From Octopus bimaculoides (lineage: Eukaryota), in NCBI RefSeq assembly GCF_001194135.2, contig NC_068984.1, forward strand, positions 57,839,494 to 57,882,736: a stretch of DNA of 43,243 bases. Reading direction: 5' to 3'. Within the stretch, counting starts at the first letter, position 1; every line of letters begins with the position of its first letter. Shown here piece after piece: positions 22,489-36,072 of the stretch. The notes below the pieces were generated by a model. The model saw only the letters and a list, made by a program, of their open reading frames with translations. It was not told where the DNA came from and searched no databases. The translations under genes were made by a program, and so were the position numbers.

Positions 22489-22636
22489 CAATCATTGCTA
22501 ATGTGGTTGATATAAGTGTTGGATGGTGAAAAGTTAACTGTGGTAGAAAGTTCAATAACGCAGGCAAATAAGTTTTCTCACTCAATTCAACTCTTTCAGC
22601 AATGGCACTGTAGATGAAAAAAATTCCTTCAAACAC
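22489..22636 (-). CDS. IPO13: IPO13 exon: VFEGIFFIYSAIAERVELSEKTYLPALLNFLPQL...TTLAMI(G)
   Basis: actttcag acceptor, GTAAGT donor, 148 nt; resembles EALLYGFQSIAE..TVMFTIG. Confidence 0.92.
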
Positions 22637-22709
22637 CTGAAAGTAGAATCAAATTTAGAATGTATGAAACTTGAGATAACATACTCATAAAATATTGGTT
22701 TCAAACTTT

Positions 22710-22910
22710 GGCACAAAGCCAGCAATTTCGGGTGGTTGGGTAAGTCAGTTATACTGACCCTAGTACTCAACTGGTACTTATTTTATCAACTCCGAAAGGA
22801 TGAAAGGCAAAGTTGACCCCAGCAGAATTTCAACTCAGAACATAAGAATAGACAAAATGCCACTAAGCATTTTGCCCAGTAAGCTAATGGTTCTGCCAGC
22901 TCACCACCTT
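22710..22910 (-). repeat. tRNA-derived SINE
   Basis: Reverse-complement copy of the 20535-20750 family. Confidence 0.75.
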
Positions 22911-23526
22911 ATATATTCATTAAATATTCATGCAGCATTATGATATTATAATACAACACATAACGCAATAGTAATGTGAATTATAATTTAATGATGGAAC
23001 AGTGAGAGAGTGTAAACTGTAGGCTACATTTAAATTTACAGAATCATTCATTTCACAAAATATCCTGACTAAACAATCTTTAAATATTAGAATATGGCAA
23101 ACAAAATAAGTATTCTCTAAAGGATTCATTATGCATGCCTTATTACCTTGAGTAAAATCTGGAGCACATGTGATCAGAAAAAACTGTCAGTTATTCAGAT
23201 CATCAACTAATGTATGTAGAAAAGAAGACAGTGATGCTACGGACATGGAATACAAAAGTCCAAAAGTGAGTGCTGAGTTAAAAAGTTAACTTGTACTGAG
23301 TGTGGAAAGTAATGGTGGCAGAGTAAGGCCAAGAAGGATGTGAGAAAAAGTGGTAAGGTTAGATATCAGGATGCTGGGTGTTATGGAGGAAATGGCACAA
23401 GATTGTCAGTTTGGCAAAATGAGACACCAAAAAAACCTATGATGATTAGTAGAAAGATTATTTTTCTTGACACTAACAAAAGTAGATAATGTCTAATTTA
23501 AATGTAAAGGTAAAATAAGTAATTAC

Positions 23527-23622
23527 CTGCCATTGTACATCATGAGTAGCTTGAGCAGAATTGTTCAATACAGACCATAAATAAGGCAAGATAAAATCTT
23601 TTAATATTGTAAAAGAATACAT
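23527..23622 (-). CDS. IPO13: IPO13 exon: MYSFTILKDFILPYLWSVLNNSAQATHDVQWQ
   Basis: tttcttccag acceptor, GTAATT donor, 96 nt; begins MY and ends WQ as in IPO13. Confidence 0.9.
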
Positions 23623-26413
23623 CTGGAAGAAAAAAGCAATGATAAATATATAATTATATACCAATTAACAGTAGATGAGATAAATTATTGTCATTTCTTT
23701 CTTTATTATCATTATTTATTGTTGATTTAAAATTCAGTATTTTACAGTGTCTATAGTGCAATCTGATAGTGCAAACTCAAAACTTGAAAAACTATAAGTT
23801 CTAAATTGTAAGTATTTAATTATTAATAAGCAATATATCTGAAGAACTCGAACATTTGTTTTAGAATTCTACACCACACAGACTGTACATATGTATGCTT
23901 GTATATATACTTGGATTGCTAGACAAAGTGTCAAGGTAAATCTGAATGTTGCTGGCATAAAGTGCATATGAAATGGAAGCAACATACTTGCCCTGGCTGG
24001 TACTGAGAAGAAAAAGGCATGAAATGCGTCTATGTGCAGCTGAAGAATGAGGAGAATTTTTGGGTAAAAGTTGAATTTCTTTAAGTGGACCAACAGAGGG
24101 CCCATTATAGAGGTTGACTACTGTATAGTCAAAAAGGCAAAACAAAAGAAAAAACCAGGTGGACTATCAGGATTTGTCATCAAGGTTCTGAAAATATCTG
24201 GTTCCACAGATTACTTGCATAATTAATTAGGCACTGCAGTGACGTGGTATCCTCGATAATTGGAGTAGCAGCACAAGGCAGAGGAAATACTTTAGAAATT
24301 ACAGATATTAAAGTAAAGGACCAAGTCATGAAAGTGAAGAGGGAGTTAGACAAAGCTAATACAGAAGAGAACTGGAATGAGATAGATTTTGAATTTGTGC
24401 CTTGGTAGGGAACCACCCATGCCCTCTTTTTGATAAAGAAACTTTAGTCTCCTGTTTATTATAGTTCCTTAGGCTATAATAGAGAAATTTAAGACAGGTT
24501 GTCTACAGAAACTCTTGCATGCTAGTTCTCATAGCAGTTGAAGATTCATAAGAAATGTTCCTGACATGTAAGAAGAGCTTTCAGTCTAGGAGTCTAATAC
24601 CACTTTAGCAAAGACAAAAGTTTTACTTAGTAAGAAAACAGACCATTACTAGTAATTGAGAAATGGTAATGCTTGATATGCATAGAGAGAGCAACAACTC
24701 TGTACTGAGTATACAGCACAGAAACAATACAGGGAAAGTGAGTGAGATCTCAAGTAGGATGATAAAGCAACATTTCATATGTAGCAATAGTAGCTAGCAG
24801 TAAGAGCATCCAAGAAATTAAGTCTCTTAATTTCCTAAAAGATTTGTTAGAAGTAAGTTGATAGCTCCTGCTACTTAGGTGGCTTAATCAACAGTAGAGG
24901 TGGGTATTGTAAAAGCGTAGTAGCCAAAGTAAGGGAAAGTGGAAAGAGTCCACTAATTATTGCCTCTGCTGAGAATAAAGGACTTCATTATTTGAATGAA
25001 AAGCAGACTGTAATGCTTATGTATGAAGTGTAATATATTATAGTAACTAGACATTGATGATGAATGTGGAAGATATTCATCACCCTTTCAAAGGATGGAA
25101 AGAAACAAAATGGTATGTACAGCTAGATTTGTTATGTCAGCTTGCATGAATAACAGAGTACAAGTGTATTGAGAAGAAAACTGAGCATTTGAAGCATTTG
25201 CTGGAGTGGAAAAGAAAGAAGACTATAATGGCATGAATATGAAGTATGAAAAAGGGCCTGGGAAACAGAAGACTAATAGACATAGGCAAAAGAAGCAAGA
25301 GTTGATCTCAAGATGCCAAACCTTACAAAGGTGACAAAGGATTATGACAAGAGGAGAAATGCTATGTCAAAATTGGTTCATCCAATCCATAACAGCATGG
25401 AAAAGCTGATGTGATCATAATATACACACACACACACCACCACCACCACCACCACCACCACCACCACCACCACCACCGCCGCCACCATCATCAACATCAT
25501 CATTTAACGCCTGTTTTCCATGCTGGCATGGGTTGGATGGATTGACAAGCACTGGCACCAGGTTTTGTCTGTTTTGGCATGGTTTCTATGGCTGGATGCT
25601 TTCCTAATGTCAACCTTTTTACAGAGTGTACAGGCTGCTTGTTACATAGCACCAGCATGGGTGCTTTTTACATGGTACCAATACCAGGAGGGTTGCCAAG
25701 TAGCTTGTAAGACAAAAGACGACTTAATTGAGAGAGAGAGTGGAACTGTGGGAAGTGGCTGTGTGTCAGAGCAGAGATTGGAGCAGGGGTCAACATTATT
25801 CCCTTGATTTAAAAGGAAGAAAATCATAGATTCTTTGAATTCAAAAGGTTTATTGAATCTATTTACACATCCATTACATTGGACAGTTGCAATATTACCA
25901 GAAGGAAAATTCCTGTCACAACAAGGAACATGTTTTTTATGTAATTTTATTTATGTCTAATGAGTCCTCATTACCCCCAAGAATTTCATTTTTACCCCAC
26001 TTGGGGTAATTCACCCTGGTTCACCAACCCCTAGATTAGAGTATCATAGAGGGACAAGGATAGATGTCTTACTAAAGAAGAGATACTTGGCTACCCTTGT
26101 AGAACAAGAAAATAGGGATAGAGTTACAGAGAGAAATAGATGGTGTTGGAAATGTATTGGGGCGTACCCACAGTGAACATTGGGGAGTGGGTATAAGTAG
26201 TACAGAGGGTAAGGATAGGGTGTCCCATAAGAGTGTGAGGGGGGATATGTTTAGAGATGGAGAAAACATACATACAAACACATGTGTGCACACACACATA
26301 GTTGTAATAATGAAGTCAAACCAAATAAAGATATTTTGAAATTATTTGATATATGTTTTAGGTTTGTGTAATATATAATAGGAAATGCAGCCATTATTTA
26401 AGCATTCCTACAC

Positions 26414-26430
26414 ATACAATATATATACAT

Positions 26431-26503
<73 letters not shown>

Positions 26504-26510
26504 CATATAT
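26414..26510. repeat. (CA)n/(TA)n microsatellite, representative of many in the window (e.g. 3343-3396, 9884-9936, 14067-14127, 17408-17448)
   Basis: Directly visible dinucleotide tracts. Confidence 0.95.
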
Positions 26511-26961
26511 AATTTACTCTTTTAATACTTTTATATGTATTCCCATAATACATATTCTGTACATAAATAATATAACTGAATTCTTTTAAAACACGTTGCT
26601 ACAATAACATAAAAAATTGTTGAAATTAAAAAAATTAATGAGGATCATGGCAAAATGAAAAACATTGTAAATCAACAGAAGTGGAAATAAAGATAATAAT
26701 CTAGTTAAAAACTGCTTTCTTTACTAAATGTCTAAAAATTAGTTGTAGTGTAATGATAAATAAACTCATCTCAAAGAAGGTTTTTATATTAGACTTATGT
26801 ATTCTAAGAAGTTACAAAATCAACATTTACTTGTAAAAGGAATTTAATTAATTTTCACAGAGTTATGTAAAATACTGGACATTTTTGTGAGATAAAAAAC
26901 AATAAACAACACTATTTTCATATCCTATTTTTTTAGTACAGCTTTAAATAATTCAAATTAC

Positions 26962-27011
26962 CATAGTATCTCCAATGTCATGTCGATAGCACCTGAACTG
27001 TTCTTTTTGTT
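26962..27011 (-). CDS. IPO13: IPO13 exon: (E)QKEQFRCYRHDIGDTM
   Basis: cattgtag acceptor, GTAATT donor, 50 nt; conserved EKEQFRxYRxDIxDT motif. Confidence 0.95.
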
Positions 27012-27359
27012 CTACAATGGATAGAATGTACAACAATAAATACCAAACATAAATGTAAATTCTAAAATATAAATAAAGTTTATTAAGAACTAATTTATAA
27101 TAATTTCTATGAATTCAATATAAAACATCAAGACTAATGTTCTTTATACAAAATATACATTATATAAGTTAGTCTCTTTTACAATTCATTAATAATTTAT
27201 TTTTACAAGTATGAATGCTAAAGTTTAGTGAGTTTTTGTCATCAAACTTTCAAGATAAATTATCATAAAATTTCACTAATTTAAGATTCTGTTTTCTGCA
27301 AATTAATTCTAAGTTATTGCATAGCACAGTGTAGCAATTTTCTTTTTGAAAAAATTGCT

Positions 27360-27393
<34 letters not shown>

Positions 27394-28123
27394 ATGTGAA
27401 CTGAGGATAAAAGGCTCTAGAAATTATATTTATTCACATACACTAAAACAGAGTTTTCTTTATTGCAGAGGTTTAATTTTTGAAGTAGAAAATAAAGTTT
27501 TAGAAAAAGAAAACTGAAATCATTTAATTAAATTAACATTTTGAGACAGCTTAATCAGGCACTTTAAGAATTTATTTTCAATGAAATGTAAAGTGATAAT
27601 ATAAAAGAATTCCATTATTTTACCTCAATAATTGTTTAAATAGCAATTGAATAAAAATATTGTTCAGATATGGAAACATCATATAGCATAAAAACAAACA
27701 ACAAAAATCATAAAAATGCACATTAAACCAATAATGGTGCAGATACAAACACGTTTAAAAAACAACAATAATTCTAGAGCTTTTATCAACCTCAGTACAT
27801 TATTTCAAATCGAAATATTTCTCATTCAAATGTTTAAAACATCTACTATTAACTAAATGTAGCAACATATATATAAACATCAAAATTTAGAAAGCTAAAG
27901 ATTTATAATGTTTTATAAAATGTAACACCAATAACGAAAATCTGGAAGATCTGTTAAAATATACTAAGTTAGCACTTAGTATTGCATTAATTATTTTTAG
28001 CTAACGAAATAACGAAACAAATGTCTAATTGCTAAAAGAAACTAAATGAGATGCATATAAAAGCAGGTACCAAAACTCATTATTTTTCACCCTCCTCAAT
28101 CTTAAAGATAATAAACAGCTTAC

Positions 28124-28262
28124 CTGTTGACCAAGAATTGTACTCCTGGTCAGGTGGATACTGCACTTTTGTTAGTAACACTTCAACCAATTTGCAATAT
28201 ATTTCTCGAAAAATTGGCATCAACTGTGGATCAGCATCAGAACCAAGCTCAACTAGCTCATC
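28124..28262 (-). CDS. IPO13: IPO13 exon: DELVELGSDADPQLMPIFREIYCKLVEVLLTKVQYPPDQEYNSWST(E)
   Basis: ttttttag acceptor, GTAAGC donor, 139 nt; resembles LVDVLLHKAQFPSDEEY. Confidence 0.94.
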
Positions 28263-28479
28263 CTAAAAAAAAATTACTGAACACTTTTAGGTAGTTTATA
28301 AAAATACTAAGAAACTTTTTGAATAATGAAAAGATGATCTATAAAAATAAAAAAACCTCAGAAGAATTAAAGAAACAAAAGCATTTGATTTTTCTTCCAT
28401 TATAGTTTTTTTAATTAGTATCACACGTTTTACATATTCCACACAAACTGATTATTAATCATAACTTCACAGCACCCAT

Positions 28480-28757
28480 GACTTTCGGAAACATTTTTTC
28501 ATGCTCAGAATTGCTGAAGCATGGAATAAACTACCTACATTTTTTTTAGCTATTCCTTTGAAACTTCCATGTTTCCTGAAATTTGCCAAGAGTACACCCA
28601 ATGCATCCCACGCCTGTCTTTTTCTTTTAAAAACTTATTCACTGTTCACTTCCTGTGCATACTCTATGTACTGTTCATGCAGTTTTAGTTACTTTTTCTG
28701 GTGAGTTATAGCACACCTGAGAACTGTAAATATTAAGTTCATTATTATATTATTATA
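28480..28757 (+). mobile_element. CR1-type LINE 3' end
   Basis: RKHFFMLRIAEAWNKLP matches the CR1 C-terminal R..FF..R....WN.LP motif; followed by a UTR and an (ATT)-rich tail. Confidence 0.7.
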
Positions 28758-29184
28758 ATACAAGGATGGAGTTTCTACAGACACTCAAACTGCAAGAAAT
28801 AGCAGCCAAACCTCCCTCAAATCATACCCTACTGTCTTAAGTAAAGGTAACACCAGTCAGTGAAATCCCTGACACAGAAAAAGACAGTATGGTGAAAGCT
28901 TGAATACTTTTGGTCAAATGACTATTTGGTAAGAACAAACCTGGTGTTAAAAACAACTACTGTATGCTGGAGGAAACATAGGTCATTAGATTATAGTACT
29001 AAAACTTCAAAAAATATTAAAATTTTGTGTGAAAGGGACTTGTGTTTTATTTGAATAAACTTAAATGTTTTACAGAGAAAATTACCAGAATGTTTAAACT
29101 AAGAATTTCAATAAAAACAGATAGAGGAATAGATTTCAAATTTAATTTGCTGAAATTCAAGAGAGAAATACATGACAATCATAC

Positions 29185-29265
29185 CTGGATAGCATACCAA
29201 AATGTGAAGGTCAGCTCACTACAAGTTTCATCAACAGGGTAATAGCCAGGCAAACCAGTGCAAGC
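29185..29265 (-). CDS. IPO13: IPO13 exon: ACTGLPGYYPVDETCSELTFTFWYAIQ
   Basis: tttattag acceptor, GTATGA donor, 81 nt; highly conserved CTGxPGxYPVxET..TFWY motif. Confidence 0.96.
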
Positions 29266-29849
29266 CTAATAAAGAAAAAAACACATATGCAAAATATAAA
29301 CAAACTTATGGAATACTAATGATTAGATGATGATGATGATGATGCTTCCACAGACACCAACACCTTATCATCAGCAGCATCATCATTTTATGTCTGCTTT
29401 CCATGCTGGCATGGATTGAACAGGTTATCATATTCTGAGTTAATTCTTATTTAGATCTACTACTATCACTGACTAATACTCATACATGGAATTTAAGCTC
29501 ACTTTGAATGCTCTTCTTACCATCAACCATTTTACTGAGTGTATTGTGTGCATTTTCTCACTGACACCAGCACTAGAGAGGTCAATAAATCATCAGTGAA
29601 ATACAACAAAAGGGACCTTATGACTCTACACTTCCTCAGCTTGTTTGCCATCATTGAAAAGTGAAGTTAGACATTGCTACATTTTGACATTCCTAATCAC
29701 AATCATCACCATTTAACATCCACTTTCCTGTGCTTGCATAAGTCAGACAGAATCTGTTGAGGCAGATTTTCTATAGCCAGATGCCGTTCCTGCCAGCAAC
29801 CCTCACCTGTTTCCAAGCAAAGTAATGTTTTCCCATGGCCAGACATGTT

Positions 29850-30120
29850 TTCCACAGAAGACTAGAAATGAACAGTGTTGCCTGTATGATAGCAATACTC
29901 ATATACAACCATCACATGATATCAAGACAAGAGTACACACACATATAAATATACACACATGATGAGCTTCTTTCAGTTTCCATCTACCAAATCCATTGAC
30001 AAAGCTTTATTTGACCTGGGGCGATAGTAAAGACATATGCCCAAGGTGCTACATAGTGGGACTGAACCCGAGATCACATGTTTGGGAAGTAAGTTTTTCA
30101 ACCAACCAGCCATGCCTGCA
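29850..30120 (-). repeat. SINE (ggctggttg..ttcagtccc..ttgggc..gatggaaactgaaagaagc family)
   Basis: Reverse complement similar to 32919-33200. Confidence 0.7.
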
Positions 30121-30258
30121 CCTATTACTTGTATAAATATCTTTGTGTAATCTTGCATTAATGAACATCATAAATTCTTTGATACATTTTACATGTAAGA
30201 CAGAAAAATAAACACACCTATCACCAATGTTGAAAAGTTAAAAATTTTGAAAACATAC

Positions 30259-30390
30259 CATTACCATATACATGAGATTCAAAGAATTTTGTTTCTGTAT
30301 ATCATCTCCATTAGGGAAAGAATTAATTAATAACTTGGAATGAGTTTCAGCAATGGACACCACAAGTCGACAGATTATGCTACAGACTTC
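30259..30390 (-). CDS. IPO13: IPO13 exon: EVCSIICRLVVSIAETHSKLLINSFPNGDDIQKQNSLNLMYMVM
   Basis: cttttag acceptor, GTATGT donor, 132 nt; resembles ETSHGICRIAVALGENH. Confidence 0.92.
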
Positions 30391-31106
30391 CTAAAAGATA
30401 AAAAACCTACAAGTTACAAAATGGTAATTTCTAACAAAGGCAAAAGACTAAACATTTTTGGTGGGAAGGTATTACTAACTTAGATCAATGGCCAGTACAA
30501 CACTGGCACTTATTTTATCATGAAGGATGGAAAGGAAAACTGACTATATCAAGATTTGAATAGAACCAAATACAACAAAGAACTTTTTCTAGCATTCTAC
30601 AAATTCTACCATTTGCCAATAGATTCAATTAACAATTCATAAATAATATACTTACCAGTGATCTCATATGAGATCACTTAAACATTACAAATTTCGTAAT
30701 TATCTGTCAATATTTACAGATATCTAACCATTTGGCTATATCTACTAGGTATATTTCTCTGATATTCAAATGAGGTTTGCTAATTTTTCACCCAATATCT
30801 CGCTTATTTCTATTTAAAATGTTATTTTGAAATGTTATTTTGATCATTCCAGCATGTTTCTAAAGCTGTTTTATGCTAGAAATCAAAGTTTCATAAAAAA
30901 AATTCCAGTTAACAGAATTATGGGAGGTAATGGGTTAAGTTGAAGTTTGGAAAATAAATGAACCCGAAATTTTGACAGAAGGTTTTCTTAACAGATTACT
31001 TTAAAACAGAAAGTTTGTATCATAGAAACAGGGATGATCTCAAATGGGTATCAAAAGGATTAAAATAAAAATCCAATACTAAATGAATGTAAATGCAAAT
31101 TATTAA

Positions 31107-32500
31107 TCATCATCATCATCATTGTTTAATGTCCGTTTTCCATGCTGGCACGAGTTGGACGGTTCGACTGGGGTCTGCAAAGAAAGGAAGCTGCACCAGG
31201 CACCAGTCTGATCTGGCAATGTTGCTACAGCTGGATGCCCTTCCTAATGCCAACCACTCTCAAAGTGTAGTAGGTGCTTTTTACGTGCCACTGGCACAGG
31301 GACCAGAGAGGGCTGGCATCAACCACAATCGGATGGTGCTTTTTATGTGCTACCAACACAGGAGCCAGTCAAGGCGGTGTTGGCATTGACCACGTTCGGA
31401 TGGTGCTTTTTACATGCCATCAGCACAGAAGCCAGTCAGGGCAAGGGGGCTGGTTAGCCTTCCTTTGATATTGCTGCACCTCTTATGTGTCCATAGCTTA
31501 CACTGGGTACATCTTATGGAGTTTCTACCTACACCTTTTCTACAAATTAAGCAGGATCACCTACCTGAAAGGATTCGTGGTTTGTCTGCCTTCCTACTTA
31601 TTAAGACTTTGGTTTTTGCTAGGTTGACTCTAAAGCCCTTCAATTCTTGACCTTGCTTCCACACCTGAAACTTCTCTAGTTCTGATAGTGACACAGCTAT
31701 TAGAGCAAGGTCATCAGTATAGAGAAGCCCCCAGGGGCATCCAGTCTTGAATTCCTCTGTTATTGCCAGGAGGACTATGACAAATAAGAGGGAGCTGAGG
31801 ACTGATCCTTGGTGGACCCCTACACGGAATTCTTCACTGTACTTGTTGCCAACCATCACCTTACTGACAGCATCCCTGTACATGGCTTGTACTGCTCTCA
31901 CTAACCACTCTTCTATCCCTATTTTCCGCACTGTCCATCAGAGAAAGGATCGGGGGACCCTGTCAAAGGCTTTCTCCATGTCAATGAAGGCCAGATACAG
32001 AGGTTTATCTTTGGCCAGGTATTTCTCCTGCAGCTGTCTTACCAGAAATACAGCATCAGTGGTGCTTTTCTCTGGCACAAACCCAAACTGCATCGCGTCT
32101 GGACTGATTCTCTCCCTAATTAGTTGGGCTATGACCCTCTCTGTGACTTTCGTTACCTGATCCAACAACTTGATACCTCTGTAATTATTCGTATCTAATG
32201 CATCACCTTTACCTTTGTAGCGGTTGATTATGGTGCTGCTACACCAGTCATTGGGTATGACTCCTTCATGTATCACCTGATTGACTATACAGGTGACTAG
32301 ACTATAGCCAACACTGCCAGATATTTTAAGCATCTCTGCAGTGATTCCTGATGGACTGGGGGCTTTCCCTGCCTTAATTGCTTTATCTACCAAGGTACTG
32401 TCAATTCGGATAGCTGGTCCCTCTGTTGGATCGACATTCAGCAGACTCTCTTTCTCCCATTCATTCTCTTCATTTAGCAACCTTTCACAGTGGCGCTCTT
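31107..32500 (-). mobile_element. 5'-truncated, internally deleted RTE-clade LINE (RT domain plus (ATG)n tail)
   Basis: ORFs 31938..32519 and 31557..31931: GKAPSPSGITAEMLK, QFGF..STTDAVF, DMEKAFDRVP, VGVHQGSVLS, LLYTDDL, NLAKTK; (CAT)n at 31107-31122. Confidence 0.92.
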
Positions 32501-32591
32501 CATTCTTTTCTTCTTTCAATACTTCAATCTTCTAGGTTTAGTTTCCAACAAATTTACCACCATTTATAGAAAATCTCAAACAATAACTTAC

Positions 32592-32676
32592 AATATTTTT
32601 TTCATCAATGGCTCTCTTTAGAACAGGCTGTAGCTGTATAACATGGGGCAATAATTTCTGTACAGTGTAAGGAAAT
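32592..32676 (-). CDS. IPO13: IPO13 exon: (R)FPYTVQKLLPHVIQLQPVLKRAIDEKNI
   Basis: tttcag acceptor, GTAAGT donor, 85 nt, phases fit neighbours. Confidence 0.92.
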
Positions 32677-32918
32677 CTGAAATACAGATATATATAAACA
32701 TGTAATTCATATGCATATATATATATATACACACAGAAGACCATTCAATATTTCAATGACTATCAAGCGCTATTAACCCAAGAGTACTACACACACACTA
32801 CCTGCACACACATCTATATGTACAACTAACATTTACACACAAATTGTTTTACAGGTAATACAACCTTCAAACATGTTTATATTAAGAAACCTGACAGATT
32901 TATAGCATACATAGTATC

Positions 32919-33070
32919 AGGAGTGGCTGTGTGGTAAGTAGCTTGTTTACCAAACACATGGTTCCGGTTTCAGTCCCACTGCATGGCATCTTGGGCAAGT
33001 GTCTTCTACTATAACCTCGGGTCGACCAAAGCCTTGTGAGTGGATTTGATAGATGGAAACTGAAAGAAGC

Positions 33071-33111
<41 letters not shown>

Positions 33112-33350
33112 GTGTGTGTGTGTGTATGTTTGTGTATGTGTGTGTATGTTTGTGTGCCTGTGTTTGTCCTCCCACCATCGCTTGACAACTGATGTTGGTG
33201 TGTTTACATCCCCGTAATGTAGCGGTTCGGCAAAAGAGACTGATAGAATAAGTAATAGGCTTACAACTAATAAGAGTTGGGACCACTTTGTTTGACTAAA
33301 GGCGGTGCTCCAGCATGGCCGCAGTCAAATGACTGAAACAAGTAAAAGAA
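32919..33350 (+). repeat. SINE with internal (TA)n(TG)n tract
   Basis: ggagtggctgtgtggtaag..GGTTTCAGTCCC head; tail ending gactgaaacaagtaaaagaa. Confidence 0.8.
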
Positions 33351-33936
33351 TCATCATCACATGTCTGCTTCTCTGTGCAGATATGGGTGGGATGTGACAT
33401 CCTGAGACTATCCAATGGACAGATGCACCTTCTGATGCCAACCCTTATTTGTTTTCAATTAAGGTATTTTATTCTGTCATCACACATCAAATCACTGAGC
33501 TGCAGCAGTTTTTGTTCATGGAGGATAGAAATGTTATCATAGCCCAAGCATGATTAAATATGAAGACATGAAGGGACAAATACACACACACGTTTCTTGG
33601 AACAAACAGGAAAAATAGAACTCAATAAGTGTATACATATCTTTACTTAGCTGTAATGAAACAGAAATGACTCAAGGGTTGAGATGTTGCATTTAACATC
33701 TTTTGGTAAGTGCAATATACAAAACTTTGCCGTCAATCACATTTCACTCACATTTTAGTCTACCTAAGGCTAAAGTAGAAGACATTTGCACAAAGTATAA
33801 TACAATGGGATCAAAACTACATGGTTGCAAAGCAAATTTCTTATACTGCACAACCATAACTGTACCTATATAATTATGTCCTGTCAAGTATTGCTATGTA
33901 CACAGTGCACTGTTATGTACATATTAATTACTTGTA

Positions 33937-34274
33937 AGGTGCATGGCTCAGTGGTTAGAGCATCAAACTTACGATTGTGAGGTTGCGAGTTCGATTCCTG
34001 GACCGGGTCATGTGTTGTGTTCTTGAGCAAGACACTTTATTTCATGTTGCTCCAGTTAACTCAGCTGTAGAAATGAGTTGTGACATCACTGGTGCTAAGC
34101 TGTATCGGCCTTTGCCTTTCCCTTGGATAACATCAGTGGTGTGGAGAAGGGAGGCTGGTATGCATGGGCGACTGCTAGCCTTCCACAAACAATCTTGCCC
34201 TGACTTGTGCCTCGGAGGGTAACTTTCTAGATGCAATCCCATGGTCATTCATGACTAAAGGGGGTCTCCTCTTC
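33937..34274 (+). repeat. Full-length tRNA-derived SINE with 11-bp TSD
   Basis: A box TGGCTCAGTGG at 33944-54, B box GAGTTCGATTCC at 33987-98; AATTACTTGTA at 33926-36 and 34275-85. Confidence 0.88.
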
Positions 34275-34462
34275 AATTACTTGTAGGAACACTGTATTTT
34301 GTTATGCAACCATAACATACTATGAAGTACATTAAATGCTTTATAAGTCAATACTGTATCCTAAGTCAGTATAACTGTGAAATAATTGAAGCTCTTAATA
34401 ACTACTTGGTCTAAATTAATTTTTTTTCTTCTATTAGCTAATCAACTTCAAAGAAAACTTAC

Positions 34463-34676
34463 CTGTGGGAATCTGGATGTGCTAAGATGGCACACAAAAC
34501 ATCAGCAGCTGTTTCAAACAGGTCGCTATTCTGCATCATCTTAAATAGATGTACAATGAGCTCCTCTCCTTCATGAAGTGGAATTCCAAATTCTGCCCAA
34601 CTATTAATACATTTCAGAGTTTCCAGTTTCATATTAGTTGGAGAAGAAGCCATTAAATTTTCAAGTAATGTAATTA
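34463..34676 (-). CDS. IPO13: IPO13 exon: ITLLENLMASSPTNMKLETLKCINSWAEFG...AILAHPDSH(R)
   Basis: ctctctacag acceptor, GTAAGT donor, 214 nt; overlaps ORF 34459..34653; resembles LKCFSSW..SELF..QPDAQR. Confidence 0.93.
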
Positions 34677-35794
34677 CTGTAGAGAGGAAACAATGTTATA
34701 TTCTAAATAAAAAGAAATTCAGTTCATAAAATGTAATTCATTGGTTTGTTTTATGTCCATTTTTCCATCTTAGCATGAGTTAGGTGAATACATATTACTG
34801 AGGTATTGTTTTACAGTTGGATATCCTTTATATTGCTAACCATTACTTGTTTTTCAAGTGAAAGAGTTTTCATTCGACTTTGTATAGTTTCTGTCTACCG
34901 AATTTACTCACAAGGCATTAATTGACTTGCAGCTATATTAGAAGACACTTGCCCAAGGCCCCAACAACTATTTCAACTCTATATCTTTACTGTTCTCTTT
35001 TCTTTTTCATAAACTATTTTTCTTTAAGTTATATTCAAAAAGGAAAAAAAAAAATATATTTTATCATAAAGATGAAATAAAGAAAATCTTCACTTGTTAC
35101 ATAAATTTTTCTGTATCAGCATTATCCTTTATTGGAATGCTTTTTTTTTCATAGCTGATACTGCTAACTACATAATTATTAAATAAGATTAGGTCTTCAG
35201 TTGAGGTAATTCAAGCAAATCTAACTCTTTGTCTGTATTATAATAAAATTTGAACTTATGACCATGTTTTCAGCCATATAGCAGAAAAAGATAGTGTTCC
35301 CCTTTAAGAATTTCTAAATAGATTTGATATCTATAGTTCTAAATTACTTTCTCATATATAATGATGATAAAAGAACATAAACATTTAATGAAGTCATTAC
35401 ATTATGTGCGCACTATGTTTGCATAAATACTGTTGTTATGAAAATGAAAGTTTCAAAGGTGCAAAGAAAAAACTTCTGTAACTGCATTCATTCATGTATA
35501 GCATGCATTTTCTCCTATCATTGATTTAAATCCTGGGTCACGTGAATGTGTAATACAACCTTTCTAGTTGCGTCTCAAACCTAAATAGTCTCTTCTATGA
35601 GACCTAACACTTTCTAAGTTTTCTAGGATCTACCTCTAGTAGAGAGAACCTTCCACTGTCAAGTCATTTCACTTTTTCATCTGATGTGCACTGTCCATTC
35701 TTATTACATGCAGATACCTAGTCTCATGTATGCAAATATCTGTCAAAGCCTAGTTAGTGCTTTAATTCAATCGTATTCAATATTTCTCATAGCT

Positions 35795-35980
35795 CAAGGC
35801 GATGAGCAGGCAGAATCATTAGCATGCCAGGCAAATTTTTAGCAGCATTTCATCTGTCTTTATGTTCTGAGTTCAAATTCCACCAAGGTCATCTCTACCT
35901 TTCATCATTTCGGGATTTTAATTGACCAACCCACTCCCTTAGAGGTAGCTGACTTCGCACCAAAATTTGAAACCAATATT
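35795..35980 (+). repeat. tRNA-derived SINE, degenerate
   Basis: ggcgatgagcaggcagaatcattagc..ctgagttcaaattccaccaaggtc, family of 20535-20750. Confidence 0.7.
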
Positions 35981-36072
35981 TCTCATAGCTTAATAATCTA
36001 CATCAAATGGAACACACTCAATTCACTCTTGCTTTAGGTTGATAAACTTTTCATATAAATTTAAAATCTTAC

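Noticed and set aside
24180-25100. Decayed LINE RT on the minus strand
   Set aside because: Only faint resemblance (EDTT, LF-like patches); not enough to call without an HMM search.
25431-25502. (CAC)n/(CAT)n tract as a poly-His coding segment
   Set aside because: It is the simple-repeat tail of the retro-repeat starting at ~25500; there is no exon context.
25990-26035. hAT/Charlie-like right TIR (ggttcaccaaccccta)
   Set aside because: I found no matching left TIR or 8-bp TSD.
33360-33484. Intronic C/D snoRNA (GTGATGA on the sense strand at ~33477-83)
   Set aside because: No CTGA box D or terminal stem at a suitable distance. A proper snoRNA scan was not possible, so intronic snoRNAs are not excluded.
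33937-34010. tRNA gene
   Set aside because: A and B boxes are present, but they continue into a SINE body with a TSD and I could not build a convincing cloverleaf.
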